Virus record (IMG/VR): IMGVR_UViG_3300045988_056832
Direction: 5' to 3' (one strand)
Source: a virus
Length of the DNA: 40,401 nucleotides
Position numbers and translations under genes: made by a program. Below are positions 17,376 to 27,272 of the stretch, one piece after another (positions within the stretch are counted from its first letter, which is position 1; every line of letters starts with the position of its first letter). Under the pieces are notes generated by a model, which was not told the origin of the DNA, did no database searches, and worked only from the letters and a program-made list of their open reading frames with translations.

Positions 17376-18521
17376 ATGATAATCAAACATATTGGCACTA
17401 AAACAGTGAAAGATGAAAAGACTGGCAAAGAAAAGAACGTTCCTGTTGAAAATGATATTACTCGTTTGGTTGAACAGGCTACATGGTCCGGGTCTCGTAT
17501 TCAAGCTGCAAGAAAGCTGGAGTTTGTGTATGTGCAAGAGCCACGCGATCCAAATTGGCCCGTTTATGCATTAGGCATTGGTGAAACAGTAAAGGCGTAT
17601 TCGGAAGATGGTGACTCGCAGTTTGTAGGTAATATATATACGACTGAACGCAAGACATCCGCATCGAACATTACAGTAACGTGTTATGACAACATGTTTA
17701 TATTGAGTAAATCTAAGACTACTCGAAAATTCACAAATATGACTGCCGAAGATATTACAAAGGCTGTATGCAAGGAAATGGGAATCAAAGTAGGCAATAT
17801 CGCCGAAACCAAAGAAAAAATTACTTTTATAGCTAATAATAAGTCGGGCTATCAAATCATTCTTATGGCGTATACAGAAGCGGCAAAGAAGACTGGTAAG
17901 AAATACCAATCTATGATGGAGGGTGACGAACTTGATGTAATTGAAAAAGGGTCGCTGATTGAAGGCTTGGTAATAGACCAATATAGGAATATTACTGATT
18001 CATCTTATAAAGAGTCCATAGAGAAGATGGTTAATAAAGTCATGATTACAGATGACAAGGGGAACTTTATTCGCTATGAAAGCAAAGATGATCAGATTCA
18101 AAAGTACTCTATGATACAGGCTGTCTATAAGGAAAGTAAAAATAAAAATACTCAAGAAGAGGTTAAGGATATCTTTAAAGGTCCGGAACGAACAGGGGTC
18201 ATAGATTGTTTAGGCGATTATGATGCCTTGTCTTCGTATTCTATCGAAATTAAAGATATAATCACTCAGTTGAGCGGCAAATTTTGGATCAAAAGTGATA
18301 CTCATACTTTCAAAGATGGGCAGCATACTATGAAGCTCGAGATTGAGTTCGAAAACTTAATGACGAAAGAAAAGGTAGACCATTCTTTAGAAGCTAAGGA
18401 GAAAAAACGCCTAGAGCGTGAAGCTAAAAAGAAAAACAAAAAAGCAAAAGCTCCTAAAGGAAAAGGTCGAAGGTCTACTAGAAAGTCAACCAAAAGAAAG
18501 GTAGAAATACATTATGCCTAA
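17376..18521 (+). CDS. XkdQ/gpD-like baseplate hub protein with a highly basic C-terminal tail
   Basis: ATWSGSRIQAARKLEF...ITVTCYDNMFIL pattern as in XkdQ/YqbQ. The C-terminus reads KKKNKKAKAPKGKGRRSTRKSTKRK. Confidence 0.7.
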   Translation: MIIKHIGTKTVKDEKTGKEKNVPVENDITRLVEQATWSGSRIQAARKLEFVYVQEPRDPNWPVYALGIGETVKAYSEDGDSQFVGNIYTTERKTSASNITVTCYDNMFILSKSKTTRKFTNMTAEDITKAVCKEMGIKVGNIAETKEKITFIANNKSGYQIILMAYTEAAKKTGKKYQSMMEGDELDVIEKGSLIEGLVIDQYRNITDSSYKESIEKMVNKVMITDDKGNFIRYESKDDQIQKYSMIQAVYKESKNKNTQEEVKDIFKGPERTGVIDCLGDYDALSSYSIEIKDIITQLSGKFWIKSDTHTFKDGQHTMKLEIEFENLMTKEKVDHSLEAKEKKRLEREAKKKNKKAKAPKGKGRRSTRKSTKRKVEIHYA

Positions 18522-18936
18522 TGATATTCCGAGTGCTGCACATTCTATGGCTAAAATGGTTAATACTATTCATGGTATAGCCAAAGATGAACAGCCAATG
18601 GGAATGCGAATTGGACTTGTTACATCGCCATTCCCTAACCTTGTTATTCGTGTAGATAATATCGACATTACAAATGAACAGATATATCTTAATGACTACT
18701 GGAAACCGGACCACTACAGGGAAGCAAAAGGCCACATCATAAGTGAAACACAACCTCGCTCCGGTGGTGGTGGCTTGGCATTGTTTGAAAGTCATACACA
18801 TGAAATTCATAACGATTATACCGATACCATTATCATGACTGATACGTTACGAGTAGGTGATGAGGTAACAGTATTCCCAGTATACGCACAAGGTGAACAG
18901 CTTTATTACATCGGTCAAAAGGTGGTGAAATTATGA
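18514..18936 (+). CDS. XkdR-like baseplate spike / small baseplate protein
   Basis: Gene order. 140 aa. Confidence 0.5.
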   Translation: MPNDIPSAAHSMAKMVNTIHGIAKDEQPMGMRIGLVTSPFPNLVIRVDNIDITNEQIYLNDYWKPDHYREAKGHIISETQPRSGGGGLALFESHTHEIHNDYTDTIIMTDTLRVGDEVTVFPVYAQGEQLYYIGQKVVKL

Positions 18937-19361
18937 GTACAGAATATCCATTCGCCGGCTTAACGAATAGTAACGCTTATCAAAGCGATGAGTTGCCGTT
19001 ATTTGTTGAATATGATTGGGATTTTGATAACAACTCATTTAAATTCACCGCTAATGGTAACCGAATAAAAGTAACTGGTGATGACGCCTTAAAAGTTTGG
19101 GTGTATAAAGCACTAATGACCGAACGCAATCAATATTTGGCATATTCTACTCGTTATGGTATTCAATTAAAGCCTTTTATAGGAAAGGTTATGAGTGTTA
19201 ATGAACGGTATAGTGAGCTTAGACGAGTTATCGTTGAATGTCTTATGGTTAACCCTTATATCAAGTCTATTGATAGCATTACATTCGACGAAAACGGCGA
19301 TAAGGTAGAATGTTCCGTTGAATTAACCACAGTATATGGAGGGCTTAATATTAATGTTTAA
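18933..19361 (+). CDS. XkdS-like (gpW/gp25-like) baseplate wedge protein
   Basis: DDALKVWVYKALMTERNQYLAYSTRYG motif. Gene order. Confidence 0.55.
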   Translation: MSTEYPFAGLTNSNAYQSDELPLFVEYDWDFDNNSFKFTANGNRIKVTGDDALKVWVYKALMTERNQYLAYSTRYGIQLKPFIGKVMSVNERYSELRRVIVECLMVNPYIKSIDSITFDENGDKVECSVELTTVYGGLNINV

Positions 19362-20388
19362 CATTCCAACTAGCGATGAAATATTAAAAGATTTACAGGA
19401 ACAATGTACATCGCCTTATAGTAAATTTGAGGGTACGTTTGAATATGATGTATTTTCATCTAATGCTATTGAGTTTATGAAAACTTATGTTGAATTAGGC
19501 GAATTGTACAAGGTCGCTTTTGGTGATACTGCATACGGCGACTTCTTAACTATGAGGGCTGCCGAAAGTGGTGTAATTAGAAAAGAGGCAACTAAGGCGA
19601 CTGGTTATGTTACTGTCAAAGGTAACGGAACTTTGCCAAAAGGCAGCCAATTTGCAACTCAAACCGGCATTTTATTCGAAACGCTTGAAACAGTACAAGT
19701 TAATAACTCAACAAAAGTTAAAGTGCAAGCTCTTGAAGGTGGCATAGGCGGTAACGTTACAGCGCAATCGGTAACGGTTATTCCAATGTCTATTCCTGGT
19801 ATTTTAAGTGTTAATAATACAGAGCCTATAGGTGATGGTTTTAACGCAGAAAACGACGAGGAATTAAGAACTCGTTATTTAAATCATGTTCGAACTCCTG
19901 GAACTAGCGGAAACGCAACCCACTATTATGAGTGGGCGATGTCTGTTGGTGGTGTTGGTGGTGCCAAAGTGCTTCCAGTATGGAACGGCGCCGGTACTGT
20001 TAAAGTAATCATTGTGAATAGCGAGTTTAGTCCAGCTTCACAAGAAATTATTAACAAGGTAACTAATTATATTGAAACTGTTCGCCCTATGGGTGCGGTG
20101 GTAACGGTAACAACTGTTACACCTAAGACAATCAATATTGCAGTTAAACCGGAAGGTAATTTTAATCAATCGGTATTTACTGAATTAGTTAAAGCGTACC
20201 TAATCGACATTGAACGACAAAACATCAAAAACTCAACTTTATTAAAAGTTGCTTATTCTAAAATCGGCAGTCTTGTGTTAGATGCCGGAGCGACCGATTA
20301 TACAAATTTAACGATTAATAATGCTACTAAATCAATCGAATTAGCTGTTGATGATTTAGCGATATTAGGCGAGGTGAATATCTTATGA
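19354..20388 (+). CDS. Baseplate J-like protein (XkdT-like)
   Basis: About 345 aa. ATG 19354 is preceded by GGAGGG. Sequence LTMRAAESGVIRKEATKATGYVTV... Confidence 0.8.
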   Translation: MFNIPTSDEILKDLQEQCTSPYSKFEGTFEYDVFSSNAIEFMKTYVELGELYKVAFGDTAYGDFLTMRAAESGVIRKEATKATGYVTVKGNGTLPKGSQFATQTGILFETLETVQVNNSTKVKVQALEGGIGGNVTAQSVTVIPMSIPGILSVNNTEPIGDGFNAENDEELRTRYLNHVRTPGTSGNATHYYEWAMSVGGVGGAKVLPVWNGAGTVKVIIVNSEFSPASQEIINKVTNYIETVRPMGAVVTVTTVTPKTINIAVKPEGNFNQSVFTELVKAYLIDIERQNIKNSTLLKVAYSKIGSLVLDAGATDYTNLTINNATKSIELAVDDLAILGEVNIL

Positions 20389-21014
20389 TTTTTAACCTTT
20401 TAAGGACGTATAAAGTCGATGTACTAAGATACTTGCCTAAGTACCTATCAAAAGATAATACCTTTAAAGGAACGCAAGATTCGTTAAGTGAAGAACACGA
20501 AAAGCAACGCTTGTTAATTATCGATATATGCAAGCAGTTGTTTGTTGAAACAGCGACTTGGGGTCTTGATGATTGGGAGCGAGTATACGGACTTGAAAAC
20601 AATCGCAATTTATCAATCGATGATAGGCGAGCTTATTTATTAATTAAAATTCAAGGCTCGCAAACAATCACCGAAAGTAAATTACAAGAGTTTATTAACC
20701 TTGTATATCCTCCTGGTAGTGCGGTAGTTAAGGAAAATACTGGACCTAATAGTTTTAGCGTTCTTCTTGATACAGCCGACGCTTTAAACGAGATACGAAA
20801 CGTTATCGAGGTATATAAGCCGGCACATTTAACGTATGCTATAGCACATGAATTTAACGCTAGAGGACCGATAGCTGTTGTTGGTGCGGTAACTAATACC
20901 GAACGTATTTACATCAAGCAAGAAAAATCTGATAAATCAATTACAGCACGAGGAATTTATGCTTGCCCTGTTGGTGCAGTCGCTATCCGAAGCAATATTA
21001 ATTTACACTATTAA
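20385..21014 (+). CDS. XkdU/YmfQ-like tail protein (gpI-like)
   Basis: LRYLPKYLSKD...ATWGLDDWERVYGL signature. Confidence 0.65.
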   Translation: MIFNLLRTYKVDVLRYLPKYLSKDNTFKGTQDSLSEEHEKQRLLIIDICKQLFVETATWGLDDWERVYGLENNRNLSIDDRRAYLLIKIQGSQTITESKLQEFINLVYPPGSAVVKENTGPNSFSVLLDTADALNEIRNVIEVYKPAHLTYAIAHEFNARGPIAVVGAVTNTERIYIKQEKSDKSITARGIYACPVGAVAIRSNINLHY

Positions 21015-21025
21015 GGAGTTGAACT

Positions 21026-22015
21026 ATGAGTAATTACAATAAAATTATTCCGACTTTAGCCGGTAGCAATCTATTGGTTGAGTCGGTTAAATCTAAAAAG
21101 CCACTCATCTTTACTCGTATCGCATTAGGTGATGGCACATTAACCGAAAGCGAAAGTATTGAAGGCTTAACTGCATTAAAGCACCCTATGGCGCAGAACT
21201 CTGTACAAGCAATTAACAGTCGAGTGAACGGCGAAATTGACGTTGTAGCGACTATTTCTAATGCAAATATTACAAGCGGTTTTTATGCTCGTGAATTAGG
21301 TGTGTTTGCTAAAGTCGGTGATACTGGTACGGAAAAGCTATTCGCTTATACGAATGCTGGTGCACAAGCAAGCTATACTCCAGCTGGTACATCCTTAGAT
21401 GAAAAGTTGATTACTGTAACCTTTTATATTGGTAATGATGTTAATGTAAAAATCAACCTTAACAGTCAACTATACATCACGCAAGCTGCATTAGATGCAC
21501 ATAATTCGGCTACAAATGCACATCAAGACGCTTTTAATAAAAAACTAGATATTAGTTCGAACCAGTACGCTAAATTTATTGCTAAACACAATCAAGGGCT
21601 ACAAGTAACAAAAGGCGATAATTCACAAGAAATTATTAACTTTATTGCAAATAACTACAACGATGGAGATACTAATAAAGTACTTAATCTAAGTACGCTT
21701 AAAAGTTTATTAGGACAAGGTGCTATCGTGGCATCTAAACTTGATGCAAATGCTGGTTTCGTAAAGTTTGCTAATGGTTTCACTATCCAGTGGGGAGTGG
21801 GTGGTCAAGATAACGTAACTAAGACAGAGGTACGATTTCCTATCAAATTTACAACTTTATTCATGGCGAATGCTATTGATGCGTACTGGTCAGGTTCTGA
21901 CACGCCTAGGTATTTCGCTAACTCCGTGTCAGAGAGCAACACAACTAAGGCCGTATTTTCGGCAAGCGATAGATATGCTGCTTCTTATTACTGGTTTGCA
22001 CTAGGAATAATCTAA
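21026..22015 (+). CDS. Tail fibre protein. The C-terminal 72 residues after QWG form the currently expressed receptor-binding tip.
   Basis: N-terminal IIPTLAGSNLL...FTRIALGDG fibre anchor. C-terminal IQWG...RFPIKF...YYWFALGII tip. Confidence 0.8.
   Translation: MSNYNKIIPTLAGSNLLVESVKSKKPLIFTRIALGDGTLTESESIEGLTALKHPMAQNSVQAINSRVNGEIDVVATISNANITSGFYARELGVFAKVGDTGTEKLFAYTNAGAQASYTPAGTSLDEKLITVTFYIGNDVNVKINLNSQLYITQAALDAHNSATNAHQDAFNKKLDISSNQYAKFIAKHNQGLQVTKGDNSQEIINFIANNYNDGDTNKVLNLSTLKSLLGQGAIVASKLDANAGFVKFANGFTIQWGVGGQDNVTKTEVRFPIKFTTLFMANAIDAYWSGSDTPRYFANSVSESNTTKAVFSASDRYAASYYWFALGII
21782..21796. repeat. Left inverted repeat ACTatCCAGTGGGGA inside the tail-fibre gene
   Basis: The 10-nt core CCAGTGGGGA (21787..21796) is the exact reverse complement of 22293..22302. 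Confidence 0.8.
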
Positions 22016-22061
22016 TTCCCTAGGATAATGAACATAATCTGATCACCGACACATTTGGATA

Positions 22062-22304
22062 TTAAGCCTTCCCTACGGCCATCCAAACAAAACTACCTGT
22101 GTCCGCTCTGGTGGTTAAGAATCGGATGGTGTTTCTATTAGCTTGAGAGAACCCACTATTCCAAGTAATAAAGCATTGTGCACCAGAAGTTTCAACACTT
22201 ACAGAGTCATCGGTAGCTAATGCTATTAGTACAGTGCTGCTAATCGGTAGAGAAATATCCTTATAGTACTTATTAGCATCAAACCAAGTTAATCCCCACT
22301 GGGG
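22062..22304 (-). other. Silent alternative tail-fibre tip cassette (no start codon, no RBS)
   Basis: The minus-strand frame reads PQWGLTWFDANKYYKDISLPISSTVLIALATDDSVSVETSGAQCFITWNSGFSQANRNTIRFLTTRADTGSFVWMAVGKA*. It shares QWG, the P-I-x-x-T core and the W-x-A-x-G ending with the expressed tip. Confidence 0.7.
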
Positions 22305-22307
22305 AGT
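22293..22307. repeat. Right inverted repeat TCCCCACTGGggAGT (core within the palindrome-armed TCCCC-ACT-GGGGA)
   Basis: Reverse complement of the left repeat. It touches the recombinase stop codon. Confidence 0.8.
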
Positions 22308-23158
22308 TATTTTAATAATTCTATGGCTTTTCGTAGCTCACGAATAGTCTTATGTGTGTATACTCTGGTGGTAATATCGCCTTGTTTGTGGCCTAGTAAA
22401 GAACGTAATGTGTTGGGCGGTGCTACCGAATCAAGTAAACTTGCAAATGTATGACGAGTATCGTGGATAGTATGCTTACAATTTAACTGTTTCATAATAT
22501 CCTTGAAATTCTTATGGAATGTTGTGTAACTGATGGTAAATAGATATGCTTCGGTGCAGGTGTATACTTGCTCTATTAGTGGCATGATGCGGTGATGTAA
22601 TGGAATGATACGACCTTCACCAGCTTTCGTTTTAGCGTGTCTTACGATGAGGTATGACGATCGCCTATGGATGTCTTGCTTACGTAAATTAAGAAGCTCA
22701 CCTATGCGGAGGCCTGTGTATAGCAGTATTAAAATCATATGGGAATAAGAAGTATCTATTGACCATAATTTATTAATTTGTTGACGAGTAAATACTTTTC
22801 TCTGAATCGTTGGTACATTGGGGCCTAGGTTCAAGTGTAGGGTGTAATTCGTGATAGCGTAATCCTTGATGATTGCGTAATTAAATAATTGATTAAGTAA
22901 CGTACGGACTTTCTTACATGATGAGTAGGAAAGTCCTTTTACGTGCATGGAATTAATCACGTTCTGAAGGTGCTGAAAATGAATATTCGTGATAGGCATA
23001 TCCGATATGTTGGATATGTGTTTAAAAGCAATGTGATAAGACTTAACAGCGCTATCAGAAATAGACTGAGAGTGAATAGGCAGCCACTCGTTAAATAGTT
23101 GCCTTAATGTAATGGTATTGCGTTGTCTACGGCTTAATATAATAGCGTAACGGCGCAT
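22307..23158 (-). CDS. Tyrosine recombinase without an arm-binding domain (putative tail-fibre invertase)
   Basis: Catalytic set GLRIGEL (R), AKTKAG (K), HDTRHTF (HxxR), LLGHK (H), RVYTH (Y). RBS GGAGGTG. Antisense to the late operon. Confidence 0.9.
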   Translation of the reverse strand: MRRYAIILSRRQRNTITLRQLFNEWLPIHSQSISDSAVKSYHIAFKHISNISDMPITNIHFQHLQNVINSMHVKGLSYSSCKKVRTLLNQLFNYAIIKDYAITNYTLHLNLGPNVPTIQRKVFTRQQINKLWSIDTSYSHMILILLYTGLRIGELLNLRKQDIHRRSSYLIVRHAKTKAGEGRIIPLHHRIMPLIEQVYTCTEAYLFTISYTTFHKNFKDIMKQLNCKHTIHDTRHTFASLLDSVAPPNTLRSLLGHKQGDITTRVYTHKTIRELRKAIELLK

Positions 23159-23184
23159 AATTTCACCTCCGAAAGGATACTACT

Positions 23185-23577
23185 ATGAATCAATATGTAT
23201 TTATTTTAAATGAACAAGGCGAGCGTATTACATCTTTTGTTAATAATATGATTAGCAAAGATGAATTACTAGATCATGCTAAACAAGAATGGCCAGATGC
23301 AGCGGATTATATTTACTCTGCAGACGGCGATAGTATGCTAGATGAATTTATGGCTGGCAAGTTTTATGTAAATGGTGAGTTTGTAATTCCGCAACCAAAA
23401 GAACCAACTAAGGCTGAACAAATTGCAGAAATTAAAAATTACTATGATAAACGATTTGATGCCCTTGATAAAGCGGTATTGCGTAGACGATTGTCTAATG
23501 CAGATATTAGTGATTTGCAAGCACAATATAAAACTTTACAAGCTGAAATGGTTGCTAAAATTAAGGCGGTGAAATAA
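23185..23577 (+). CDS. Hypothetical phage protein (in the position of XkdW)
   Basis: 130-aa ORF in the position after the fibre gene. Confidence 0.5.
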   Translation: MNQYVFILNEQGERITSFVNNMISKDELLDHAKQEWPDAADYIYSADGDSMLDEFMAGKFYVNGEFVIPQPKEPTKAEQIAEIKNYYDKRFDALDKAVLRRRLSNADISDLQAQYKTLQAEMVAKIKAVK

Positions 23578-23703
23578 TGGAAGAAATCAAAAGCAATGTA
23601 CCTGTAATGCGTTTTTGTGAATATTGTTGGGCTACTTTAAATGAAAATGGCACTTGCCCTACAGAGGGTTGTATTCATAATGATCTAATGGATTTGGAAG
23701 AGG

Positions 23704-25150
<1,447 letters not shown>

Positions 25151-25153
25151 ATA

Positions 25154-25492
25154 ATGTGGACTTGGCAGTTTGAGTTGAACGATATACTAACCACCCTTAC
25201 AATTGTAGGGGTGGTTGCAGGTGCAGGATATAGATTGTTGATTATTCCGTTGTTACAACAATTAGACTCACAACGGATGCAAGATAATCTTATTTTTCAA
25301 GAAAAATGGGGTGTGCTAACTGATACTCTAAAAGACTTGAAAGATGAAATTAAATTATCACGTGCAGAACGAATTAAAGCTGAAAGCAAACAAGTGTTGT
25401 TGTCAGCAAAAGTTGAAGCCTTAGAAGTACGTGTTGATGATATTAAGGAGGAGCTACATGAACATACCGCCAAATCTCATCAATACAGTTAA
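25154..25492 (+). CDS. XhlA-like membrane/coiled-coil lysis accessory protein
   Basis: One N-terminal TM (LTTLTIVGVVAGAGY) plus a coiled coil. Position before the holin and amidase. Confidence 0.55.
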   Translation: MWTWQFELNDILTTLTIVGVVAGAGYRLLIIPLLQQLDSQRMQDNLIFQEKWGVLTDTLKDLKDEIKLSRAERIKAESKQVLLSAKVEALEVRVDDIKEELHEHTAKSHQYS

Positions 25493-25838
25493 AAGATCAT
25501 ATCAATCTGTAAGGGTGGCTAATATCCACCCTACAGGTGTATTAGCGACGAGGGTACTAGTATTAGTTATGCTAGTACCTATTTTATTGGTGATTACTCA
25601 ATATATCATGGCTTTTATTAGTGGTTATGTATCAGACGAAGCCAATAAGATAATTAGCGTTGGTATTAATATCATAGATCATATCTTTATTCCGTCTGTG
25701 TTAACTGCATTAGTAGGGTTCTTGGCGTTATGGGTTGATAAGGATGGAAACGGTGTTCCAGATAAGCTAGAGGAACCTCCTAAAATACCGATTAATACCG
25801 TAGTAAACGAAAGGAGTGATTATAATGCACCTCGTTAG
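25458..25838 (+). CDS. Putative holin
   Basis: ATG preceded by AAGGAGGAG. Two hydrophobic segments, VLVLVMLVPILLVITQYIMAFI and IPSVLTALVGFLALWV. Confidence 0.5.
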   Translation: MNIPPNLINTVKRSYQSVRVANIHPTGVLATRVLVLVMLVPILLVITQYIMAFISGYVSDEANKIISVGINIIDHIFIPSVLTALVGFLALWVDKDGNGVPDKLEEPPKIPINTVVNERSDYNAPR

Positions 25839-26367
25839 TCTTACTGATTTAAATGACTATTGCCGTAGAGCTTTAAGTCAGATTAGTAAAATATATTTGC
25901 ATTGGACGGCAGGTAGGTACAATCAACAATTTGATGACTACCACATTAACATTGATAGGGATGGCAACATTTACATTGATGGTGAATTAACAGACCATAA
26001 GAACCATACCTATATGCGCAATGGTTCTGCGGTAGGTATTGCTTTAGACTGTGCTTATGGGGCTCAATGGACTGATAATCTTGGTGAATATGCACCTACA
26101 GATGCACAGATTGAAACTTTAGCGCAAGTGGTAGCGTTGCTGTGTGTTGACCTTGGCATTCCGTGTGATATTAGACATGTTCTCACCCATGCCGAGGCCG
26201 CCGATAACATGGACGGCTACTATGCTCACGAACCGTATGGACCTACTACAACATGTGAACGATGGGACTTATGGGCTATACGTGAGGGTGATGTTCCTGG
26301 TTCTGGTGGCGATGTAATTCGTGGCAAAGCTAAATATTATGCTCAACAATGGGGAAGTAATATATAG
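25825..26367 (+). CDS. Endolysin, N-acetylmuramoyl-L-alanine amidase (PGRP/Amidase_2-like), catalytic domain only
   Basis: IYLHWTAGRY...HINIDRDG...GIALDC...LTHAEAAD pattern. RBS AAGGAG 8 nt upstream. Confidence 0.7.
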   Translation: MHLVSLTDLNDYCRRALSQISKIYLHWTAGRYNQQFDDYHINIDRDGNIYIDGELTDHKNHTYMRNGSAVGIALDCAYGAQWTDNLGEYAPTDAQIETLAQVVALLCVDLGIPCDIRHVLTHAEAADNMDGYYAHEPYGPTTTCERWDLWAIREGDVPGSGGDVIRGKAKYYAQQWGSNI

Positions 26368-26376
26368 GGGGTATAT

Positions 26377-26811
26377 ATGTATGAGAAATTTAAAACTATA
26401 TTTTCTGCCTATAGGGGCTATTGCACTGCTATTGTGGTGCTTATTGTTTGCATCATCTGTGTATGGGTCTACTCCAACAGAACCAGTAACATTGACACCA
26501 CAGGAATACGCAACGCTGAAAACGAACTTCGACACGCTAGAGAATACAATAGACAGTCAGTTGAATACAATCAACGCATTAGAACAGCAGTTGAAAGTAG
26601 CCAAACTCTCAACGAGCGAACAGAAGAACGAATTAATACAAGCCTTGAACTTAATCAACGAACAGAAAACGCAATTGATAGAAGCACGGAACTTACTGCA
26701 AAAGCAAGAACAGATGCTGAACGAGCAAAAGCTATCATTAGCGAAAGCAGAAATATACTTAGAGCAGCAGAAGAACGAAATCAAAAAAGCGAAAATGCAA
26801 CAACGAAATAG
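26377..26811 (+). CDS. Membrane-anchored coiled-coil protein. An alternative frame, 26381..26869, is equally open.
   Basis: N-terminal TM CTAIVVLIVCIICVWVY. By eye this frame has purine-rich first and A/T-rich third codon positions. The frame choice is not secure. Confidence 0.4.
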   Translation: MYEKFKTIFSAYRGYCTAIVVLIVCIICVWVYSNRTSNIDTTGIRNAENELRHAREYNRQSVEYNQRIRTAVESSQTLNERTEERINTSLELNQRTENAIDRSTELTAKARTDAERAKAIISESRNILRAAEERNQKSENATTK

Positions 26812-26948
26812 TAAATTACTTAATATCTTATTAGGTGGTGCTGTTGTATACCTAGTAGCCAAGAATTGAGGTGATCCATGCATCTCCCTACCATACGAGG
26901 GTGGACGTGTGGATAGTCCAATATTTGGTGATTTATTAGACTAAAGAG

Positions 26949-26999
26949 GGCCTTAGTCCAAGAAATGATGATTTTCTAGACTAAGGCCTTTATTTTTTT
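26949..26999 (+). terminator. Intrinsic terminator at the end of the late/lysis operon
   Basis: GGCCTTAGTC (26949..26958) pairs with GACTAAGGCC (26979..26988), followed by TTTATTTTTTT. Confidence 0.65.
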
Positions 27000-27017
27000 G
27001 ACATCATTTTGACATCA
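26997..27017 (+). repeat. Two tandem TTTGACATCA repeats (putative integrase arm-type sites, P arm)
   Basis: Copies at 26997..27006 and 27008..27017. The same decamer recurs three times on the other side of the core. Confidence 0.6.
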
Positions 27018-27117
27018 GATTATATAAAAATATAGTGAAATATAAATAGATACGCAAGTAATAGAGTTAGGTGGTTACTGTATTTATAAGTTTTATGCAT
27101 GAACTTTAAATGCCACG

Positions 27118-27177
27118 CCATCTTGAGGGGGTGGTGAGCTAACGCTCGTGCGGGTTCAAGTCCCGCCAACCGCACCA
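27118..27177 (+). other. attP core: 3' portion of a tRNA-Leu(GAG)-like gene (anticodon arm, long variable arm, T arm, 3' acceptor, CCA)
   Basis: CCATC-TTGAGGG-GGTGG, GAGC-taac-GCTC, GCGGG-TTCAAGT-CCCGC, CAACCGC-A-CCA. No matching 5' acceptor or D arm lies upstream. Confidence 0.7.
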
Positions 27178-27189
27178 AGCTAATAAAAT

Positions 27190-27225
27190 AAGGGCTTACA
27201 GGTAATTCTGTGAGCCCTTATTTTT
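27190..27225 (+). terminator. Intrinsic terminator after the tRNA fragment (also faces the end of int)
   Basis: AAGGGCTTACA-ggtaattc-TGTGAGCCCTT followed by ATTTTT. Confidence 0.65.
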
Positions 27226-27226
27226 G

Positions 27227-27272
27227 TTTGACATCATAAAGTCTTATGGGGTTTGACATCATTTTGACATCA
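27227..27272 (+). repeat. Three TTTGACATCA repeats (P' arm)
   Basis: Copies at 27227..27236, 27252..27261 and 27263..27272. The last overlaps the int stop codon. Confidence 0.6.

Noticed and set aside
21026-23158. Diversity-generating retroelement or serine-invertase (Gin/Cin/Hin) fibre switch
   Set aside because: No reverse transcriptase, no template/variable repeat pair and no resolvase-type serine recombinase ORF is present. The only recombinase here is of the tyrosine type.
26557-26883. 108-aa minus-strand ORF as a real gene
   Set aside because: It would run convergently into the lysis operon terminator region. It is Cys/Phe/Ser-rich and probably reflects the A/G-rich repeat composition. 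It is mentioned only as part of the multi-frame openness finding.
27100-27177. A complete tRNA gene
   Set aside because: Only the anticodon arm, variable arm, T arm and 3' acceptor are present. No GCGGTTG 5' acceptor strand or D arm lies upstream, so it is interpreted as an attP core fragment.
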